The notes beneath the pieces are model-generated. The model was given only the letters and a program-made list of their open reading frames with translations, searched no databases and was not told the DNA's origin. Positions 1 to 10,165 of a DNA stretch of 64,000 bases are shown piece after piece; the stretch's first letter is position 1; every line of letters begins with the position of its first letter. A program made the translations under genes and the position numbers. Location: positions 224,001 to 288,000 of the forward strand of contig CAVTRY010000007.1 in NCBI GenBank assembly GCA_963737265.1. The letters are read 5' to 3'. The DNA comes from an uncultured delta proteobacterium (lineage in GTDB: Bacteria > Myxococcota_A > Polyangia > Fen-1088).

Positions 1-790
1 CCATTTCCTGGATTTCCTTTTCGCCATCGTTGCGCGGCTGAACCCGCGTCACCGCATCGAATCCCACGAGCGCGGCTGCGAGGTCGCCTTTTTTCACCTG
101 CACCGTCGCGGCGAAATAACGCGCCTGAAGATAGTACGGGCTGGCAGGCGGGATGTTGGCGAAGGTCAGCAGCGCCTCATCCAGCCGGCCGCGGAAGTAG
201 GCGTACTTTCCGCGCACGTAGGGCACCGACGGCTCGAGTTGATCGGGCGGGATATTTTCCAACCGCTTGAGATAATCGTCGACGTTTTCGAAATCCTCGG
301 TGTGCAACCCAATCTCGACCAGCCGCTGCAAGGCCTGCTGCTCCTGGCGCGAACCGCCAGTTCGTTTCGCTGCCATCAAGAAATAGTGCCGGGCCGAGTT
401 GTAGTCCTTTTCCTGGAACAGAGATTCGCCGAGCAGCACCAGCGCATCGTCGTAGCCCGGGGCGTTGGGATACCTCTCGACGACGTCTAGCAAAATCGTG
501 GCGGCTTCGCTGTAGTTGCGCAGCTTGAAGAGCATTTCCGCGTCGACCACTCGCCTCATCGCGGCGGTGGAATCGGCCGGGGCCGCGTCCTTGAAATCGT
601 TCGAGATCGATCGAACCCGCTCTTCCAAGTCCGACAGCTTGCCGCTCGCATCCTCAAATTCGTCGGCGCGAGTAGGTGCGGCGGGCAACAGAGCCGCCAC
701 GAGTGCCAGCACTGGCCTGAGCGCAAGCCGATGTCTAAACGACGCTCGTTCGGCTCTCGTGCGAGGGTTGATCCCGGTGGCAATGGGCAT
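1..790 (-). CDS. Secreted TPR-repeat protein (partial, runs off the window start), myxobacterial gliding/outer-membrane TPR type
   Basis: Manual translation from ATG 790 after a GGAGG RBS: MPIATGINP...LALVAALLPAAPTRA signal peptide, then TPR helices (YSEAATILLDVVERYP, ALVLLGESLFQEKDYNSARHYF, VPYVRGKYAYFRGRLDEA). Absent from the ORF track because it has no stop in the window. Confidence 0.8.
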   Translation of the reverse strand, partial: MPIATGINPRTRAERASFRHRLALRPVLALVAALLPAAPTRADEFEDASGKLSDLEERVRSISNDFKDAAPADSTAAMRRVVDAEMLFKLRNYSEAATILLDVVERYPNAPGYDDALVLLGESLFQEKDYNSARHYFLMAAKRTGGSRQEQQALQRLVEIGLHTEDFENVDDYLKRLENIPPDQLEPSVPYVRGKYAYFRGRLDEALLTFANIPPASPYYLQARYFAATVQVKKGDLAAALVGFDAVTRVQPRNDGEKEIQEM

Positions 791-814
791 CGGATTTCCT
801 CCGGCGCGCGGCAG

Positions 815-1519
815 CTACTTCTTTGCCGAAGGCGAACCCGTACCCTCGGGTGCCACGAGATTGACCTTGAACTCGACCGCGGGCTTGTCTTCCATGTTGG
901 TCGTCAATCCACCCTTTTCGTAGCCCAGCACGGTGACCACCGTGGCCTTGCCGTCCGCCGCGATGAAGGTGTTGCTGGAGCTCGCCTTGAACTTGTAGCC
1001 CTTGAGATAGCTAAACACGCCGAATCCACTGCCCTGATAAACGAGCTGCACGGAAAGGGTGTGATTCCCAGGCTGGATGGCGCCGTTGTAGACGTCGAAT
1101 TCCGACATGTCGGCCAAGCGGCCGGTGTCGTCCACCTTGTTCATGATTTGCACGCCGTCGAGGGCGTACACAACCTTGATCAGCCGGAAGGTGGCACCCA
1201 TCTCGTTCTTGTGCTTGATGACACAGCGGGAAGCACCGATGACCCCACCGAGGACGGTCTCCTTGAGAAGATTCAGGCGCGCGCGGGTGCGAAAGACCTG
1301 TTCCTTGAGGTCGTTCACACTCCGCTCAAGCGCCTTTAGGCGAACCGCAGAGGCACTGCCGTCAGCGGCCGCCGCGGTCGCCGGAGCAGCACGTTCTGCC
1401 GGTGCGGGAGCCGGTAGGGGCGTCGTTGCGGAAGCAGTATCCTCGGCCTCGGCGCGCGGCATGCAAAAGCCCGCGGCAAGTACAAAACCTAGGACCCCCA
1501 AAGATCGTCGAGTCGTCAT
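815..1519 (-). CDS. Secreted coiled-coil/beta-sandwich protein of unknown function, co-oriented with the TPR gene
   Basis: ORF 815..1606, likely start MTTRRSLG at 1519 (GGAG RBS). Signal peptide, Ala/Pro linker, coiled coil (VRLKALERSVNDLKEQVFR), beta-rich C-terminus. Confidence 0.7.
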   Translation of the reverse strand: MTTRRSLGVLGFVLAAGFCMPRAEAEDTASATTPLPAPAPAERAAPATAAAADGSASAVRLKALERSVNDLKEQVFRTRARLNLLKETVLGGVIGASRCVIKHKNEMGATFRLIKVVYALDGVQIMNKVDDTGRLADMSEFDVYNGAIQPGNHTLSVQLVYQGSGFGVFSYLKGYKFKASSSNTFIAADGKATVVTVLGYEKGGLTTNMEDKPAVEFKVNLVAPEGTGSPSAKK

Positions 1520-1751
1520 CTCACAGCTCCTTCTGAGTCCTTCTGAGCATTCACTGTCGAATCGGCGGGCTTGGCCCGCCACCCCGAGGTGCGGGCACGG
1601 AACCACCGCCCCAGGTTCGCACCGGAGGGTTGTAGTCTATAGCAGGCGACTCCGCGTCTAGTCAAAAGTACCTCGATCCGCGGGCGCCAAGACCCGCAGC
1701 TCCCACATAGCGGGTCGCATCTTACCAGAACTCGGGAAAGTCTGCCCGCGA

Positions 1752-2840
<1,089 letters not shown>

Positions 2841-3092
2841 TTAGACAGCCTCGATGCTGACGAGCTTGCGACTACCGGACTGGCTGTACTTCACCTTACC
2901 GGTCTTGAGGGCAAAGAGCGTGAAGTCGCGCCCGATGCCGACGTTGAGGCCGGGGTGAAACAGCGTCCCGACCTGGCGGACCAGGATGTTGCCGGCAAGC
3001 ACCTGCTCGCCCGCGAAACGCTTCACACCACGCCGCTGCGATTGCGAGTCGCGCCCGTTGCGAGAGCTGCCTTGACCCTTCTTGTGTGCCAT
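2841..3092 (-). CDS. rpmA: 50S ribosomal protein L27
   Basis: [24 protein letters not shown]...[10 protein letters not shown]...[14 protein letters not shown], the C-terminal part of track ORF 2841..3998. Confidence 0.97.
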   Translation of the reverse strand: MAHKKGQGSSRNGRDSQSQRRGVKRFAGEQVLAGNILVRQVGTLFHPGLNVGIGRDFTLFALKTGKVKYSQSGSRKLVSIEAV

Positions 3093-3097
3093 GGCGT

Positions 3098-3415
3098 CTA
3101 GGCTCCTGCTTTGATGGAGACGATCTTGAGCGCGGTAAAGGGCTGACGGTGTCCCGCCTTGCGCCGATACGACTTGCGCCGCTTGTACTTGAAGATGATG
3201 ATCTTCTTGCCAAGTCCCTCTTGCAGCACCTCGGCCTCGACCTGGATGCCCGAGACGTTGGGCTTGCCAACCTGGACGTTTCCACCGTCGTCGGCGAAAA
3301 GCAAAGGCGAGAAAGAAAGTTTGTCTCCGGGGTTTGCGGTAAGCTTCTCGACGCGCAGAGTTTCCCCCTCCGCCACGCGGTATTGCTTTCCTCCGGTTTG
3401 AATTACAGCGTACAT
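3098..3415 (-). CDS. rplU: 50S ribosomal protein L21
   Basis: [17 protein letters not shown]...[24 protein letters not shown]. Confidence 0.97.
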   Translation of the reverse strand: MYAVIQTGGKQYRVAEGETLRVEKLTANPGDKLSFSPLLFADDGGNVQVGKPNVSGIQVEAEVLQEGLGKKIIIFKYKRRKSYRRKAGHRQPFTALKIVSIKAGA

Positions 3416-3441
3416 AACTTGGGCTCCCGAGCGAGGCGCGT

Positions 3442-3469
3442 AATCTAGAGGAGATTCGCGCGCTGTCAA
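3442..3469 (-). promoter_or_regulatory. Putative sigma70 promoter of rplU-rpmA-obgE
   Basis: Minus strand TTGACA-N16-TAGATT upstream of rplU. Confidence 0.5.
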
Positions 3470-3572
3470 GAACGAAGCTACACATTCGGCGAAGCGCGAC
3501 CCGCCGGTCGTCCATGCGTCGGGCGATGTAGTTCCGCGCGCCCGCCGCGATCTTCTGATAGACGTAGCTCGC

Positions 3573-4898
3573 ATGCCGAGCGAAGGGAAACGCGCGCATC
3601 CGCTGCTTTGGGTACCGAGCCTCTACTTCGCCATGGGCACGCCCATGATCGCCGTGTCGGTGGTGGCGGCCATTATGTACAAGAATCTGGGGCTGACCAA
3701 CACGCAGATCGCCGCCACCACGGGCGCGATGTACCTGCCCTGGGTGGTCAAGCCGCTGTGGGCGCCGCTCGTCGAGCTCTTTCGCACCAAGAAGTTCTTT
3801 GTGCTCGCCATGGAATCCACCATGGTGCTCATGTTCGCGGGCATGGCGTTCGCGCTCAGAATGCCAGCCTATCTGCCGCTCACCGTCGCGCTTTTTTGGA
3901 TCACTGGCTTCGCATCGGCCACCCAGGATATCGCGGGCGACGGCGTCTACCTGACATCGTCGAGCGCGAAAGAGCAGGCGCTCTACATCGGCGTGCAAGG
4001 CACGGCGTGGAACCTTGGCCGGGTGCTGGTTTCGGGCGCGCTGGTCAGCCTGACCAAGCTTTTGTTCGACTGGGCCGCGGCGGGAAAGCCCGCGCCAGCC
4101 AGCGGTCCCAATCCAGCTTGGTTCACGGCGTGGATGGTCGTCATGTTGCTCATCGCCGTCATTCTAGCCGCGACCGTGCTGTGGCACTGGTACTTGCTTC
4201 CGCAGGGTGCCAAGGCCGCGGACGCCGCCACCAGCGTGTCCGGCGCCCTGCGCACCACCGGCGACGCGTGGGCTAGCTTCTTCAAGAAGCCGCGCGTGTG
4301 GATGATGATCGCCACGGTCTTTTTCTATCGTTTCGCCGAAGGCTTCATCGAAAAGATCGGTCCGCTCTTTCTCATGGACAAGCGCGCGGACGGCGGCCTC
4401 GGCCTCGACAACATGGTTCTTGGCAACATCAACGGCACTGCCGGCACCGTCGCGTTCGTGGGCGGAACCCTGCTAGGCGGCTTGCTGGCCGCGCGCTGCG
4501 GCCTGCGCCGAGTCTACTTGCTGCTGGCCTTCGCGCTGAACATTCCGCACATCACATTCTTCTACTTGAGTCACGCCATGCCCACCAGCCTCGCCTTGAT
4601 CACCGGCGTGGTGCTAGTCGAAAAGCTTGGCTACGGCCTCGGCACCGTCGGCATGATGCTCTATATGATGCAAGAGCTGTCGCCCGGCCGCTATCGCACG
4701 GCCCACTACGCCTTCGCCACTGGCATCATGGCGCTCAACATGATGCTGACCGGAATGGTGAGCGGCCGCATCCAAGCCTGGCTGCATTATCCAATGTTTT
4801 TCGCCTTCGTGCTGCTCGCCTCGATTCCGCCCATCGTCATCGCGTGGTTCGCGCCGTTTCGCTCGCCGATTGGGGCTGCCGAAGAACCGACCGCGTGA
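3573..4898 (+). CDS. MFS transporter, AmpG-like
   Basis: About 12 hydrophobic segments; [26 protein letters not shown] and YRFAEG motifs typical of AmpG permeases. Confidence 0.85.
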   Translation: MPSEGKRAHPLLWVPSLYFAMGTPMIAVSVVAAIMYKNLGLTNTQIAATTGAMYLPWVVKPLWAPLVELFRTKKFFVLAMESTMVLMFAGMAFALRMPAYLPLTVALFWITGFASATQDIAGDGVYLTSSSAKEQALYIGVQGTAWNLGRVLVSGALVSLTKLLFDWAAAGKPAPASGPNPAWFTAWMVVMLLIAVILAATVLWHWYLLPQGAKAADAATSVSGALRTTGDAWASFFKKPRVWMMIATVFFYRFAEGFIEKIGPLFLMDKRADGGLGLDNMVLGNINGTAGTVAFVGGTLLGGLLAARCGLRRVYLLLAFALNIPHITFFYLSHAMPTSLALITGVVLVEKLGYGLGTVGMMLYMMQELSPGRYRTAHYAFATGIMALNMMLTGMVSGRIQAWLHYPMFFAFVLLASIPPIVIAWFAPFRSPIGAAEEPTA

Positions 4899-5082
4899 AG
4901 AGGACGCGCTGCTGGAGGAAAGAATCTGCGCACCTTGGCCGCCAAAGTGCGCATTTGATTTCGCGGCTGCCCGCATTAGCGACGGAAAAGAAGACTGTTC
5001 TCGTCAACTTTTCTATGGTTTTCGCCGGCCTGCCACCCATGATGGCCGTGGCCGGCTTCTTGCTTGCTAGCCGGCGCAGCGA

Positions 5083-6870
5083 TTGCGACAGCGCAAAGAT
5101 CCGTCACGCGACGCAAACAACGAGGCCCGTCATTTGAACCCAACAGCCGCTCCCAACTCCGCCCAGCCAATTTCGTCTGGAGCGGGATCTCAGCCGATCT
5201 TGCAGATCGTTCCCGCGCTGCGCGCACCAAGCGCGTCCAGAGCGCACGAAGATGTCTCGCATGGCGGCCTCGGTCCGGAACAGATTCTCGCAGCCCTGCG
5301 GGACATCGAGCGACCGCTCTTCGCGGCGGTCAAAGGCCTTGACACCATCCTTACCGATCGTGCTCCCCACACACTTGAAGGCTTGACCGGCGTGATTCCA
5401 GCGGTTCCCATCGAAAACCTCGGCTCAGCTTCGTTTCGGCGCGAGCACAACCTTCGCTACGCCTACGTTTCGGGCGCCATGGCGGGCGGCATCGCTTCCG
5501 TCGATCTCGTGGTCGACATGGCCCAGTCTGGCTTCTTGGGCTTTTTTGGCGCCGGCGCCTTGACCCTTCCCGCCATCGACCAGGCGATTCGGCAAATCCA
5601 GGCACGCCTGCCAGGCGGCGAATCCTACGGCGTGAACCTTCTGCACAACTATTATGACGAACAGCTCGAATGGGCGACGGTGGAGCTGTACCTGTCGCTC
5701 GGCGTGACCCGCATCGAAGCGGCGGCTTTCGTGTCGATGACCGCGCCTCTCGTCTACTACCGGGTGAAGGGAATCCATCATGCACAAGACGGCCGCGTGG
5801 TCGTGCCCCATCACGTCTTCGCCAAGGTCAGCCGGCCGGAGGTGGCGACGCAATTCCTGTCGCCGCCGCCCGAGACCATGGTGCGCGACCTCTTGGCGAG
5901 CGGAAAGATCACGCCCGACGAAGCGGCCCTGGCGGCCGAGATTCCCGTGGCGAGCGAGATGACGTGCGAGGCGGACAGCGGCGGCCACACCGATCGGCGA
6001 CCGCTCTCGGTGCTGCTGCCCATGATGCTGCATGAACGCGAGCAGGCCATGCAGCGGCACGGTTACGCCGAGCGCGAAATCGAAATTCGCCTGGGCGCCG
6101 CGGGCGGCATCGGCGAACCGCTGTCGGTTCATGCCGCTTTCGCGATGGGCGCGGACTACATCGTCAGCGGGTCGATCAATCAGGCGTGCCGTCAATCCGG
6201 CACCGCGCCGCGCGTGCGGCAGATGCTGGCCGAAGCTTGCATGGCCGATGTTGCCATGTGCCCTGCGTCCGACATGTTCGAAATGGGCGGCAAGGTCCAG
6301 GTGCTCAAGCGCGGCACCATGTATCCGCAACGCGCGCAACGCCTTTACGAGCTTTACAAGACCTATCCGTCGTTCGATGCCATTCCCGAGCCCGAGCGCA
6401 AGAAAGTTGAAACCCAAATCTTGAAGCGCACCTTCGCCGATGTGTGGCAAGAAACCGAGCGCTACTGGATGTCGCGCATGCCTGACGAGGCCGAGCGCGC
6501 GCGCAAGGACGAAAAGCACAAGATGGCGCTGTGTTTTCGTTGGTATCTTGGCATGTCCTCGCGCTGGGCACGTCTCGGCGAAGAGAGCCGCCAGGCCGAC
6601 TATCAGATCTGGTGCGGCCCCGCCATCGGCGGGCTCAACCGCTGGACCCAGGGCACCTTCCTGGCGCGCGCCGAGAATCGCGACGCGCCGACGCTGGCGC
6701 ACGCGCTGCTGGTGGGCGCCGCCGTATTACAACGGCGCGAACTCGCTGCCCGCGCGTGCGTCGGCAACCTGCCCACGGTGGTGGCCGCGATGAAGCTCAG
6801 TGACAGCTGGCTTATGGACGGCAAGAACGCTGTATCCGGCAGCGTTGGCGGAACTGCTTTGGGTCTGTAG
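5083..6870 (+). CDS. pfaD: PfaD-family FMN-dependent enoyl reductase (PUFA/trans-AT PKS type); start uncertain
   Basis: YVSGAMAGGIAS, GFFGAG, YGVNLLH, AKVSRPEVA, EADSGGHTD, GAAGGIG, GSINQ, PASDMFEMG.KVQVLKRGTMYP.RA..LY, DYQIWCGPAIG. Confidence 0.9.
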   Translation: MRQRKDPSRDANNEARHLNPTAAPNSAQPISSGAGSQPILQIVPALRAPSASRAHEDVSHGGLGPEQILAALRDIERPLFAAVKGLDTILTDRAPHTLEGLTGVIPAVPIENLGSASFRREHNLRYAYVSGAMAGGIASVDLVVDMAQSGFLGFFGAGALTLPAIDQAIRQIQARLPGGESYGVNLLHNYYDEQLEWATVELYLSLGVTRIEAAAFVSMTAPLVYYRVKGIHHAQDGRVVVPHHVFAKVSRPEVATQFLSPPPETMVRDLLASGKITPDEAALAAEIPVASEMTCEADSGGHTDRRPLSVLLPMMLHEREQAMQRHGYAEREIEIRLGAAGGIGEPLSVHAAFAMGADYIVSGSINQACRQSGTAPRVRQMLAEACMADVAMCPASDMFEMGGKVQVLKRGTMYPQRAQRLYELYKTYPSFDAIPEPERKKVETQILKRTFADVWQETERYWMSRMPDEAERARKDEKHKMALCFRWYLGMSSRWARLGEESRQADYQIWCGPAIGGLNRWTQGTFLARAENRDAPTLAHALLVGAAVLQRRELAARACVGNLPTVVAAMKLSDSWLMDGKNAVSGSVGGTALGL

Positions 6871-6909
6871 CTTCCGACGGCCGCTAACGGCGCTGTCAGT
6901 CTTCGCTGG

Positions 6910-7311
6910 CTACGGCGCACAGAGGTCGAGCAAGTCGCCGCTGCTGCTGGTGAAGGTGAAGCAGCCCTGGTCGCCGAAACCGGGACAGGTGGTGCTGCTG
7001 CTGAGACAGGTTAGGTAGCATAGATTGTTTACACATACGGCGGGGTAGTTCTGCGAAACCTGGTAACAGTCGATGTCGGAGCTGCAGCCCGACGTGCAGA
7101 AGAATCCAGCGCCCGATGAAGCGGGAAGGCTCGTGGACAAGCAGCTTAACAAGTTGGGGTACGCGCTGGGGTTCGCGCAGATATCGCCTGAGTAGCAGGT
7201 TTCGTAGGGGTTGTCGACGATTGGCGCTGTGCCGTTGCTGGGAGAGGAGCTACCGCAGCCCACCGCTGTGAAAGCACCGAGGAGACAAGCCAGAAGTTTC
7301 CAAAACCGCAT
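6910..7311 (-). CDS. Small Cys-rich lipoprotein
   Basis: Signal peptide with lipobox AVGC; mature part rich in Cys. Confidence 0.7.
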   Translation of the reverse strand: MRFWKLLACLLGAFTAVGCGSSSPSNGTAPIVDNPYETCYSGDICANPSAYPNLLSCLSTSLPASSGAGFFCTSGCSSDIDCYQVSQNYPAVCVNNLCYLTCLSSSTTCPGFGDQGCFTFTSSSGDLLDLCAP

Positions 7312-7406
7312 TGAAGCCTCCCTTCGTGTTGGTCAGCCGAGAATAGCACATGCATGGGGTATTCCACCAAGGAGCCAGGCGCGGTCGCGGTCTATGGTAG
7401 CTTGGC

Positions 7407-9186
7407 ATGACCGTGTCCCGTCACAAACTGCTACTGGTCGGCCTCGCAGTTGGCGTGTTTGGCGCTTGCGCCACGCAACCCATCACTAAGTTGGTCGGCG
7501 GCCGCCAGATCAGCACGCGTTCGGTCGACCCGAACGCCTACGAACACGTCAGCCGCGCCTTGCTCTACGAGGAACAGGAGCGCTGGCAGGACGCCGCGAC
7601 CGAGATCCAGCGCGCGCTCGCGTTCGACAGCGATGCACCCGAATTGCACGCGCACCTGGCCGAGATCTTTCTGCGCATGGATCGCGTCAAAGAGGCGTCG
7701 GCCGAGGTACGCGATTCGCTGCGGATTGGTGCCAGCGCGAGTGGGCTCGTCGCCGACGCGCACGTGCGCCGGGCGCAGGGGGACATGGCTGGCGTCGTGG
7801 CGGCGCTTCGCCGCGCCAAGGGCGAGGTTGATTTTCAGTCGAGCGACGACGACGCCGAGACGGTGTACCTGGAGCTCGCCGATGCCGAGTTGCATGTGCT
7901 CGACATCGCGGGGGCGCGAAGCGACCTCGAAACCCTGTGCCAGGCCGTGCCGGCGTCGGGCAGCGGCCACATGCGCTTGATGGCGCTCGATTGGGCGACG
8001 GGAGAGATGACCCTGGCCGAGGAGCAGCTACGTGCTGCCTTGGCCGAGGAGCCGAACCAGATCGAGGCCATCGCGGCGCTGGCGTGGATCTACGCGGCCT
8101 CGGGCAGAAACGACGACGCCCGTCGAACCTTTCTCGACGCACTCGATCGGTCGGAGGGATCGCTCGAACATCGCGGCGGCGTTCGCGCGTTTCCTGGTCG
8201 GCATCGGCAGCAACAAGGAAGCCGAGCAACTGGCGGACGATTCGGCGGTTCCCGACGGCAGCTTGGACGCCGAGTCGCTCGATGCGCGCATCGAGCTCGA
8301 ACGCTCGGCACGCCGCCTCGACCGCGCCTTGGCGTTGCTCGCGCGCGGGCGCACCCTCGAAATGCCCGACGAGCGGAAGACGCGCCTTTCGTTCACCGAG
8401 GCCGCGCTTCTCAAGGAACAAGGCAAAACCGACGCGGCGGTCGCGGCGCTGATGAAGGTCGGTACGGATTCGCCGCTTTATCTTGAGGCCCGCTTGCGGG
8501 TTGCCGAGCTTCTGCGTGAAAGTGGTAAACTCGCCGAGGCTGAGCGCGTGGTCGGCGATGCCACGGGCTTGGCCAAGGGAGATCGAAACACCGTTGATGC
8601 CGAGGTGGCGGTCAGCCTGGCGCTCATCGAGGAGAAGCGCGGGGATCCGGCAACAGCCGTCGCGCGCCTGGAGAAATTGTTGACCAACAATCCCAGCGAC
8701 GCCACGGAGAGCCGAGTGACCATGACCCTGGCGGCTATCGAAGACCGCCGTGACAACTGGAAGCGTGCGCTCGATCTGGTCGAGGTGCTGCTGGCCAAGC
8801 AACCCGGGTCGGTCGAGGCGCTCAATTTCTGGGGCTTCGTGGCGGCCGATCGCGACCACGACCTCGATCTTGCCAGCAAGCGATTGCAAGTGGCCAATAC
8901 CCTCGATCCCGGCTCGGGTGGGCTCATCGACAGCTTGGGCTGGGTTCATTTTCACGCGCGCGACTTGACCAAGGCCAGCCTCTTCCTGGAGCAGGCGGCC
9001 CACCTCGAGCCCATCGACCCTGAAATCCAGTGGCATCTCGGCGAGCTGTATGCCGAGCGTAAAGAGATTGAACGAGCGGCGACGACCTTTCGCCGCGCGC
9101 TTGGCTTTAGCCCCGACGAACGGCTGCGACGGAAGCTCGAAGCGAGCCTGGCGCGGCTCGCCGCGCGCAAGGTATCGAAGCAATGA
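7407..9186 (+). CDS. TPR lipoprotein (LbcA/PA4667-like), split by a one-base insertion at about 8167 (error or pseudogene)
   Basis: Lipobox VFGAC. TPRs run in ORF 7407.. up to GSLE, then continue in ORF 8032..9186 (IAAAFARFL..., ALNFWGFVAADRDHDLD, LIDSLGWVHF, DPEIQWHLGELY). Confidence 0.8.
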
Positions 9187-10013
9187 CGGCGTTGCGCGAT
9201 GTCGTTCGCGGCGCCTGCTGTTGTCTTTTGGTGATGGCCGCTGGTTGCGCCGGCACCGCCCACGTCACACGCAGATATCCGGCGCCGACGGCCGAGATCC
9301 TGTTGCAGGCTGTGAGAGCCCGGCAGTCTGCCGTACGCGGCAGCAACATCGAAGCGCGCGCTACGAGCTGGCTTGGTGGGCAGCGCGTGCGCGGAACCGT
9401 GCAAATGCTGGTGGAGCGCAGCGGCCGACTGCGCTTCGAGGCCGAGGTTTCCTTGCAGGGCACGGTGGCGGCGCTGGCGGTGGACCACGGACAGTTCACC
9501 TTCATCGACCACCAGAAGCATGTCTTTCGCAAAGGCCCGGCCTGCCCGGCGAATGTCGCCGCCCTGATTCGCATTCCGCTCGCGCCCGAGGCGGTGGCGG
9601 CTATTCTGCTCGGAGACGCTCCGCTGGCCAAAGACGACAAGCTGGCTGGCGTGGAATGGGACGGCGCACGCGGCGCGGACGTATTGGTCCTGCGCGACCG
9701 GCACGCTACGACGCTATGGCTAGGACTGCGACGGCCGGATCCGATGAAGGCGGAGTGGGACGTCTTGTATCTGGAGGGACTAGATGCTAATGCGAAGACC
9801 CGCTGGCGCGTGGCTTACGACGATTTCGAACGCGTGGGCGGCGTTGCGTTGCCGCGCCTGGTGCGTTTCGCCGAGTCGGGCAAGGACTTCGACGACGGTG
9901 TCGAAATCAAGGTTCGCGAACGCCTGCTCAACCCGACTTTTCCTGAGCGGGCCTTCGTGCTGGAAGAGCCCTCGGGCTACACCGTCGAGCCCGCGTTTTG
10001 CGGCGTAATGTAG
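9183..10013 (+). CDS. Lipoprotein, probably LolA/LolB-like fold (DUF4292-like)
   Basis: Lipobox AAGC; beta-rich RSGRLRFEA and VAYDDFERVGGVALPRLVRF; ATGA overlap with the TPR gene. Confidence 0.6.
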   Translation: MTALRDVVRGACCCLLVMAAGCAGTAHVTRRYPAPTAEILLQAVRARQSAVRGSNIEARATSWLGGQRVRGTVQMLVERSGRLRFEAEVSLQGTVAALAVDHGQFTFIDHQKHVFRKGPACPANVAALIRIPLAPEAVAAILLGDAPLAKDDKLAGVEWDGARGADVLVLRDRHATTLWLGLRRPDPMKAEWDVLYLEGLDANAKTRWRVAYDDFERVGGVALPRLVRFAESGKDFDDGVEIKVRERLLNPTFPERAFVLEEPSGYTVEPAFCGVM

Positions 10014-10085
10014 TCGGCTACCGTTGCGTACCCCGCCGTCGCGGTGCCTCCCGCCGTTAAAAGGGATGAATTTAATCTTTTTTAA

Positions 10086-10114
10086 TTGCGGGCGTGTTTT
10101 CGCGCTCGTATCTT
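10086..10114 (+). promoter_or_regulatory. Putative sigma70 promoter with AT-rich UP element for the activase operon
   Basis: TTGCGG-N17-TATCTT preceded by ATGAATTTAATCTTTTTTAA. Confidence 0.5.
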
Positions 10115-10165
10115 CACGCCTGCTCCCTCGTGCCGTACCGGCGAGGGCTGTCGGGAAGGCTGCCC

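Noticed and set aside
2841-3998. 385-aa ORF ending in L27
   Set aside because: Spurious upstream extension across rplU and the MFS gene; the true rpmA start is at 3092.
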